Below, in pieces: positions 58,765 through 64,000 of a DNA stretch of 64,000 nt. The stretch is from Polyangiaceae bacterium. Its GTDB lineage: Bacteria; Myxococcota_A; Polyangia; Polyangiales; Houyiibacteriaceae. The stretch lies in contig JALVDI010000386.1 in NCBI GenBank assembly GCA_027009115.1, positions 6,700-70,699 of the forward strand, read 5' to 3'. The notes beneath the pieces were generated by a model, which made no database searches, was not told the origin of the DNA, and saw only the letters and a list, made by a program, of their open reading frames with translations. Each line of letters begins with the position of its first letter. Within the stretch, counting starts at the first letter, position 1. Both the position numbers and the translations under genes were made by a program.

Positions 58765-59371
58765 GCTCCGCGCAGAACGCGGCGATGACCTGCTCGGGAT
58801 CGGCCTCGAGCCCGCCGGATACCGTGTCGGCGGCCGCCTGCGGCGGGCCTACGGGACGCAACCCCTTGAGCTTGAGGGTCCAGCGCTCGACGAGGGGGGA
58901 GGCGTTCGAGCGCTGCCCGAGGGGGACGAGCAGCGGCACGACCTCCCAGCTGTGGCCCTGGTAGGTGTCGTGCCACTCGAGGGTGAGCAGGGGCTGCTGC
59001 GCCCGGGCGCGCTCGCGGTTGGTCTCCAGGTAGTAGCGGATGTAGGCCTCGAGCGCCCGCTGCGCGGTGTAGGCGTCCAGGGTGACGCCCTCGACGCTGC
59101 GCGCCGAAAGCAGGAACTGGCCCTCGATGTCCCATTGGGGCGGGGCCGCCCCCTGCTCGTCGGCCACCGCGCCGTAGGGCGTGTCCATCACGCCGATGCG
59201 GGTCGGCTGATTGACCCGGATGGACTGCGGGGGGATCGGCAAGGGAAACACCCCGTCCCGCCCGGCGACGGGGTGGCCGGGCACGGGATGGGCGGCGCCG
59301 TTCTCGCGGATGCGCAGGATGAACGCCGCCTCCTGCAGGCGCTGGCGGTGGGTCGAGGTCGGGTGCGCCAT
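58742..59371 (-). CDS. Hypothetical baseplate-module protein (209 aa)
   Basis: Operon position only. Confidence 0.5.
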   Translation of the reverse strand: MAHPTSTHRQRLQEAAFILRIRENGAAHPVPGHPVAGRDGVFPLPIPPQSIRVNQPTRIGVMDTPYGAVADEQGAAPPQWDIEGQFLLSARSVEGVTLDAYTAQRALEAYIRYYLETNRERARAQQPLLTLEWHDTYQGHSWEVVPLLVPLGQRSNASPLVERWTLKLKGLRPVGPPQAAADTVSGGLEADPEQVIAAFCAEREEVAGA

Positions 59372-59404
59372 GTCTGCACCCTAGGTCCCCGTGCGGTGGG
59401 TAGC

Positions 59405-60418
59405 CTATTCGGACTTGGCCTTGCTCGAGCCGCTGGTGATGGTGCCGGTGGCCGTGCCCGAGACCGTGCCCCCCGAGGTGCAGGGGAGGGCCGCAATCGT
59501 GACCTCCACGCTGTCCCCGACCCGGGCCAGGGGTACGCCGCCCTCGCCCGCGAGCAGCACCTCCGGGGCGTCCAGCACGATCTTGGCGGGGTCGCTGACC
59601 GTGGTCACGCCGGCCTCGTCGTCGAGCAGCACCTTGCGCCCGCCCTTGGTCATGACCTCGGCGAAGCCGTCCCCGTCGTCGAGCGTCACGGCGTGCCCGC
59701 CCGCGGTGCGCAGGCGTACGGCCGCCTTGGTTCCGTCGCCCCGGGCCGTCACGTCGCCGGTCTCGGGGTCGCGGGCCGCTTCGGTGTCGTCGTCGAGCTC
59801 GAGCGTGTGCCCGCCCGCGGTGCGTACCCAGAGGCTGCCGTCGGCGCTGAGGTGCACCTCGGCGCCGCTCGAGTGCCGCAGGTAGAGGTCCACCGGGGGA
59901 CTTTCCGGCGGGGACCAGGCCGCGCGCTCCGGCGGGTTCCAGGGACGGGAGGGGCGGCGGGTGACGAACCGCTCCCAGAGGCGGCCCAGCCAGCTTCGGT
60001 TGCCGATCTGGCCGTCCTTCTTGCTCAGGACCTGCAACGCGGTCCCGTCGGGCCAGACCGTCTCGCTCGAGCCGTCGCCCTCGGTGATCGTATACCGCCC
60101 GGAAGGGTGCTGCTCGAGGCGGGCGTGGGGGTCGCGCTGCATGAGCTCGTTGGGGACGGCGTTCCAGGCCCGGTCGGGAAGGGCGGCGATCCAGACCCCT
60201 GAGCGCTCGTCGTCGGCGTAGAACGCCACCAGGCCCCAGTCTCCGGGCTGGGGCAGCTCGAACTGCCCGCTTTCCGGGTGCGCCGGCGCGGCCAGGCTGG
60301 CGACGCGTACCCGCACCCCCTTACCCGACAGGGCGACCATGTGGGGAAAGACGACGCTCACCGCGTACTCCCCGGGGTGCACGTCCACGACCTGCGCGAG
60401 CTGAATGCCCTTGATCAT
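59405..60418 (-). CDS. Baseplate central spike (gpV / Mu gp45 / VgrG-like)
   Basis: N-terminal OB-fold pattern (GIQLAQVVDVHPGEYAVSVVFP...PQPGDWGLVAFYADDERSGVWIAAL), followed by beta-helix-like repeats (GGHTLELDDD, GGHAVTLDDGDG, GGRKVLLDDEAG). Confidence 0.7.
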   Translation of the reverse strand: MIKGIQLAQVVDVHPGEYAVSVVFPHMVALSGKGVRVRVASLAAPAHPESGQFELPQPGDWGLVAFYADDERSGVWIAALPDRAWNAVPNELMQRDPHARLEQHPSGRYTITEGDGSSETVWPDGTALQVLSKKDGQIGNRSWLGRLWERFVTRRPSRPWNPPERAAWSPPESPPVDLYLRHSSGAEVHLSADGSLWVRTAGGHTLELDDDTEAARDPETGDVTARGDGTKAAVRLRTAGGHAVTLDDGDGFAEVMTKGGRKVLLDDEAGVTTVSDPAKIVLDAPEVLLAGEGGVPLARVGDSVEVTIAALPCTSGGTVSGTATGTITSGSSKAKSE

Positions 60419-60445
60419 GCCCCCACCGTAGCGGCGGGGGCGGTG

Positions 60446-60901
60446 TTAGGGGCTTATCCTGCAGGCAAAGAGCAGCAACCCGGAGCCTTCGTAAGCGGCG
60501 AGGCCGATTGCGGCAAGGTGGCGCGTCGAACCCTGCGCGAACACGCCGAACGCTCCTGTATCGGCTTTCGGAAAGTAAAGGGGGAAGGCGTCCACGTTCC
60601 ATTGCCCCACCCAGCCAGCTTCGGCAATGGAGCGCGCCACCTCTTTGGCGATGGTGAGGATACGCTCGTTGTCCCGCTCGGGCCATGCGTACAGCTCGCC
60701 TTCTTCGCAGCGTTGCCCCTGGTACATGAGCACCGACGCCTGGAAGGCCAGCAAGGATTTCTGCGCGCCATAGACGGAGGACGATTCAGGGTGCGGGGGC
60801 GTTGGCCACCGCACCCCGAGCAGGGGAGAGTAGGCGCCGGCCGCGGCCAGCGCGAAGGCGGCGAGCAACCCGGCCGCCGCAAGGGTCCACGCGCGTTTCA
60901 T
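60446..60901 (-). CDS. Secreted protein with signal peptide inserted in the tail operon (moron)
   Basis: MKRAWTLAAAGLLAAFALAAAGA signal-like N-terminus. The codon third positions are visibly less GC-rich than in flanking genes. Confidence 0.55.
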   Translation of the reverse strand: MKRAWTLAAAGLLAAFALAAAGAYSPLLGVRWPTPPHPESSSVYGAQKSLLAFQASVLMYQGQRCEEGELYAWPERDNERILTIAKEVARSIAEAGWVGQWNVDAFPLYFPKADTGAFGVFAQGSTRHLAAIGLAAYEGSGLLLFACRISP

Positions 60902-60910
60902 GGGGTCAGT

Positions 60911-62314
60911 CTACCGCGTCTCCCGGCGCGCGAAGGGTCGCGCGTAGATGTCGCTGCCCACCCGCACAGGCTCGAGCCCCTGCACGAACCAGTCGGCGTC
61001 CCGGTAGACCCCGACCGGCAGACCGCGCTCGACGGCCAGGCTCATCGAACCGCCGCGCTCGGGCTGCCACGTCAGCTGACGGCCGCGCACGTGGTACTCG
61101 GCCAGCTCCTCAGCGTCCCACAGGCTCGGCGCCCGCACGCGTTCGCCGGGGCGGATCCAGGGGTAAAAGGGAGCCTGCAGGGTGCCGCTCATCATCTCGT
61201 GCAGGCGGTTCCATTGCCCCGCGAGCCGGTAGGTGAGCGCGAACATGAAGTCGGCCACCGTGCTGCGGTCGAGGCCGTCGTTGAGCACGAGGTGGGTGCG
61301 GATGTTCATGGGCCGGTACCCGAAGCGCTGGATGGAAGCGCGGTGCGCCACCACGGCCCCGAGCCCGAAGAGGAACTGGTCGTCGCTGAACGAGAGCGCG
61401 GGGTAGGCCATGAAGAAGTTGCGCACGGCGGTGTCGGTGCGCGCCCGGCTTTGCCCGCGCACCAGGTGCAGGTCGTGGTCCAGGGTGTGCAGCGGCAGCG
61501 CCTGCCACGCCGTAAGGACGCCGCGGCCGCCGGGGTCGGCGTACGGGTAGGGGGCCGCGCGCCAGCGTACGGTCGTCGCGCCCTCCTCGTCCCCGGGGGC
61601 GCTCGAGGCGCGGTGCCGCCAGCGCCCCCGCAGCTCCCCGGCCTTCGCCGTGGTGACGTACAGCTCGTGGAAGGGGTAGTCCAGGATGCGGCTGATGATC
61701 TCGAGGTGGGTTCCCTCGGCCGCGGTGAGCTCGGTGAAGAGCGGCCCCACGGCCTCGAGCCCGTCAAAGTCCAGGTGCACCAGGTCGCCGAGGCTGCGCC
61801 CCTGATGGCGGTACATGGCGTTGTGGAAGGCCACCCGGGTGAGGTAGCGGAAGGCCACCTCGGCGGGCACGCCGCTCATCTCGGCCGTCGTGAGCCGGCT
61901 TTGCACGGGCTGCCACCCCTCGACCGAACCCAGGTACATCCATTGCCGTACCGCGTCCTGCGCCAGGATGTGGGCCATGGAGGCCACGGTCAGCTGCACC
62001 GTGGCCTGGAGGCCGTCGCTGACGGCCTCGGTGTCGGCCACCGCGATTACGGGCCCGTGCAACAGGGGCTCCCAGCCGCCCCGGCTGCCGGTCCACGCGT
62101 ACGCCTCGATCGTCACCAGGTCGCCCACGCGCACGAGCGCGGTGTAGGGACGCCGCGACCGGCCGCTCAGGGTGCGGTAGCGGGGGAGGGTGACGCTGCC
62201 CTGGGGCAGGGCCTCCTGGCCTACGCCGTCGGAGACCTGCACGCCCAGGACGTGCTCGGTGAGCTCGAGCTCGCCGTCGTCGGTCAGCACGCGCACGCGA
62301 ACGTCCGAGACCAT
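60911..62314 (-). CDS. Tail/baseplate hub-region protein (467 aa)
   Basis: It lies between the tape measure and the spike, where Mu gp43/gp44 or P2 gpD homologs sit. No motif recognised. Confidence 0.55.
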   Translation of the reverse strand: MVSDVRVRVLTDDGELELTEHVLGVQVSDGVGQEALPQGSVTLPRYRTLSGRSRRPYTALVRVGDLVTIEAYAWTGSRGGWEPLLHGPVIAVADTEAVSDGLQATVQLTVASMAHILAQDAVRQWMYLGSVEGWQPVQSRLTTAEMSGVPAEVAFRYLTRVAFHNAMYRHQGRSLGDLVHLDFDGLEAVGPLFTELTAAEGTHLEIISRILDYPFHELYVTTAKAGELRGRWRHRASSAPGDEEGATTVRWRAAPYPYADPGGRGVLTAWQALPLHTLDHDLHLVRGQSRARTDTAVRNFFMAYPALSFSDDQFLFGLGAVVAHRASIQRFGYRPMNIRTHLVLNDGLDRSTVADFMFALTYRLAGQWNRLHEMMSGTLQAPFYPWIRPGERVRAPSLWDAEELAEYHVRGRQLTWQPERGGSMSLAVERGLPVGVYRDADWFVQGLEPVRVGSDIYARPFARRETR

Positions 62315-62317
62315 GGT

Positions 62318-64000
62318 CTACGCCCCCCGGTGGTTCTGGGGCACGGCCGCCCCCAGGATCATTTCAAGCCCTTCACGGATGCGGTCGGCCTGGGGCCCGC
62401 TCACGCCCTCCACGCGGATGTTCTCGAGCCCGCGCACCTCGACGAGCACCCGCCGCTCCTGCGGCTCGGTGGTGCTGCCTTGCGGGCGGCCCAGGTACTG
62501 CTCGAAGAGCTTCTGCCAGTCCAGCGGGTCGGTGACCGGCTTGCCCCCGCGGATCATCTCCATGTGGAGGTGGGGCCCGGTCGCCGCCCCCGTCTGCCCC
62601 TCGAGCCCGATCCGGTCGCCGGCGCGCAGGCGCTGCCCTTCCTTGAGGTCGGTCGCCTGCAGGTGGGCGAACCGGGCCTGGGTGCCGTCCCCGAGGTCGA
62701 GGATCACGTAGGTGCCGTAGCCCTTGGGGTCCTTCCCGACCTTGGCCACGGTGGCCCGGGCAAAGGGGTTGACGATCGGGTCGCCCCCGACCCCGGGCTT
62801 GCCGATCGAGAAGTCGTAACCGGTGTGGCGGCGGGGCAGCGCGTCGGGGTCCACGCCCCGGGCGCGTAGCTGCGCGCGGGTGGCGGCGTCGTACTCGGCC
62901 CCCGGGGCGAGGGTGACGGCCACGCCCTCGGGGGAGAGCATCCCCAAGGCCCCGGCGCCGGCGGGGCGGCCGGGTGCTTCCCCGGGCACGTAGGCCCCGG
63001 TGGGGATCTCGCCGGCGAAGCCGCTCATGTCGGCGTCGGAGGAGAGGGAGCGGTCGCCGAAGCCGCGCGAGAAGCGCGAGAGGCCGATCGAGAAGCGGCC
63101 GTGTACCGAGCGCAGGCCGGCCTCGAAGTTACCGGTGAGCTCGAGGCTCGCCAGGCTGCGCAGCCCGCGGGCCTCCTCGCCCAGAGCCCCCAGCTGGCGC
63201 GACTGCCAGTAGAAGCGGTTGGCCCCCTGCACGTCCTCGGCCAGGTCCTGCCCCTCGGCGAAGACGGGGGCGCGTTCGGCCGCCTGGGTCACGAAGGCCT
63301 CGAGCCCGCCGGCGCCCAGGATGGTCAGCAGCTGCTCGTTGTCCACCCCGTACTGCTGCAGCAACGCCGCCTGCAGGGACAGACCCTGCGGTGAGCCCCC
63401 CAGGTTGCGCTGCAGGCGCCGGACCATCGCCGCCAGCTTCTCGGGCGCGCGCCCCTCAGCCAAGGCGCGCAGCGCGATCGGCAACGCCTGGATGGGGTTG
63501 GCCCGGGCCAGCTGCTCGTAGCCTCGAGCGGTGGCCCCGGAAAGGCCCAGCTCCTCGGCGGTGGGCAGCTCGCCGCCCATGGCGTCCAGCATGAGCATCT
63601 GCAGCCCGAAGTCGCCCTCCGCGGCGAGGGCCGATTTGATCCCCGACTGCGCCTGCGCCCCCGCCTGCCCCTGGAGCAGCCGGTTGCCGGTCTGGGCGAG
63701 CGCCTGCTGCAGCGCGGCGTTGAAGGCCAGGGTGCCCTGGGTGGCCTGCACGCCGCGGGCGGCGCTTTCCTGGGTGACGCGCAGGATGGCCTGCAGCGTG
63801 TCGGACTTGCTCACCCCGAGACGCACCCCCTCGGCGAGGGCCAGCTTCAGGGTCTCGAGCGGCTGCCCCATCTGGCCGCGGGCAAAGGTGCCGCTCATCC
63901 CCAGCTGGTGCATCAGCTGGGCGGTCTGCTCCTCGCCGATGCCGGTGGTGGCCGAAAACTGCAGCAGCGAGTACACGTCGCCGCGCATCCCGCCCGGAAG
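62318..64000 (-). CDS. Tape measure protein, C-terminal part, with M23 (LytM) peptidase domain; gene continues past right edge
   Basis: Ala/Gly/Gln/Leu-rich helical body. The C-terminal region (about nt 62480-62780) reads HTGYDFSI...GYGTYVILDLGDGTQARFAHL...GDRIGLEGQTGAATGPHLHMEM (HxxxD ... HxH M23 motifs). The reading frame is open to the window edge. Confidence 0.75.
   Translation of the reverse strand, partial: LPGGMRGDVYSLLQFSATTGIGEEQTAQLMHQLGMSGTFARGQMGQPLETLKLALAEGVRLGVSKSDTLQAILRVTQESAARGVQATQGTLAFNAALQQALAQTGNRLLQGQAGAQAQSGIKSALAAEGDFGLQMLMLDAMGGELPTAEELGLSGATARGYEQLARANPIQALPIALRALAEGRAPEKLAAMVRRLQRNLGGSPQGLSLQAALLQQYGVDNEQLLTILGAGGLEAFVTQAAERAPVFAEGQDLAEDVQGANRFYWQSRQLGALGEEARGLRSLASLELTGNFEAGLRSVHGRFSIGLSRFSRGFGDRSLSSDADMSGFAGEIPTGAYVPGEAPGRPAGAGALGMLSPEGVAVTLAPGAEYDAATRAQLRARGVDPDALPRRHTGYDFSIGKPGVGGDPIVNPFARATVAKVGKDPKGYGTYVILDLGDGTQARFAHLQATDLKEGQRLRAGDRIGLEGQTGAATGPHLHMEMIRGGKPVTDPLDWQKLFEQYLGRPQGSTTEPQERRVLVEVRGLENIRVEGVSGPQADRIREGLEMILGAAVPQNHRGA

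Larger units (their letters stand above)
1..64000. mobile_element. Segment of a temperate tailed-phage / phage-plasmid genome (no host flank visible)
   Basis: The window holds portal, MuF, terminase, baseplate, tail fibre, tape measure, holin, integrase, repressor/cro-like switch, partition and replication genes. They are tightly packed with many ATGA/1-nt start-stop overlaps. Confidence 0.85.

Noticed and set aside
41815-64000. Absence of major capsid, sheath and tube genes as a sign of a defective element.
   Set aside because: The late minus-strand operon enters the window from the right, within the tape measure. The missing head and tail-tube genes are expected upstream, beyond position 64000.

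Overview
The window is GC-rich (about two-thirds G+C by eye, GC3 near saturation) and looks like phage DNA from edge to edge. It appears to be a temperate contractile-tail phage or phage-plasmid. No host genes, rRNA, tRNA or CRISPR array were seen.

Layout:
- 1-26.8 kb, minus strand: one long leftward gene train. It runs 3D-domain protein, portal, MuF-like head protein, about ten small or unknown genes, a DUF5131 (Gp37/Gp68) protein, a 1745-aa ChaB+SNF2 helicase, a 2340-aa N6-adenine methyltransferase+SNF2 helicase (P1 DarB-like), a RelA/SpoT-domain protein, and finally a divergent tyrosine recombinase.
- 27.1-39.2 kb: early/maintenance module. It holds two symmetric back-to-back promoter regions, a wHTH replication initiator whose gene contains five iterons plus an A/T-rich tract (lambda-ori-like), a DnaC-like loader, a cI-like/parA/RHH operon divergent from a cro-like gene, and a phage-encoded beta sliding clamp.
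- 39.2-41.8 kb, plus strand: RuvC-like resolvase and GpA-type large terminase.
- 41.8-64 kb, minus strand: nucleotide-metabolism genes, a lysis cluster, two paralogous tail fibres, three large distal-tail proteins, Mu/P2-like baseplate genes, and a tape measure with an M23 peptidase domain that runs off the right edge.

Most interesting observations:
- The paired giant helicases sit inside the head operon.
- Q-P-x-L-F-D peptides lie at the extreme termini of three proteins, alongside a phage dnaN.
- A toxSAS-like RelA/SpoT gene is present.
- An iteron origin lies inside the initiator gene.
- A conserved hairpin is present once at each border of the early module, in the same orientation relative to outward transcription.
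- Several promoters share motifs and look leaderless.

All domain calls come from motifs read by eye in the supplied translations. No searches were run.
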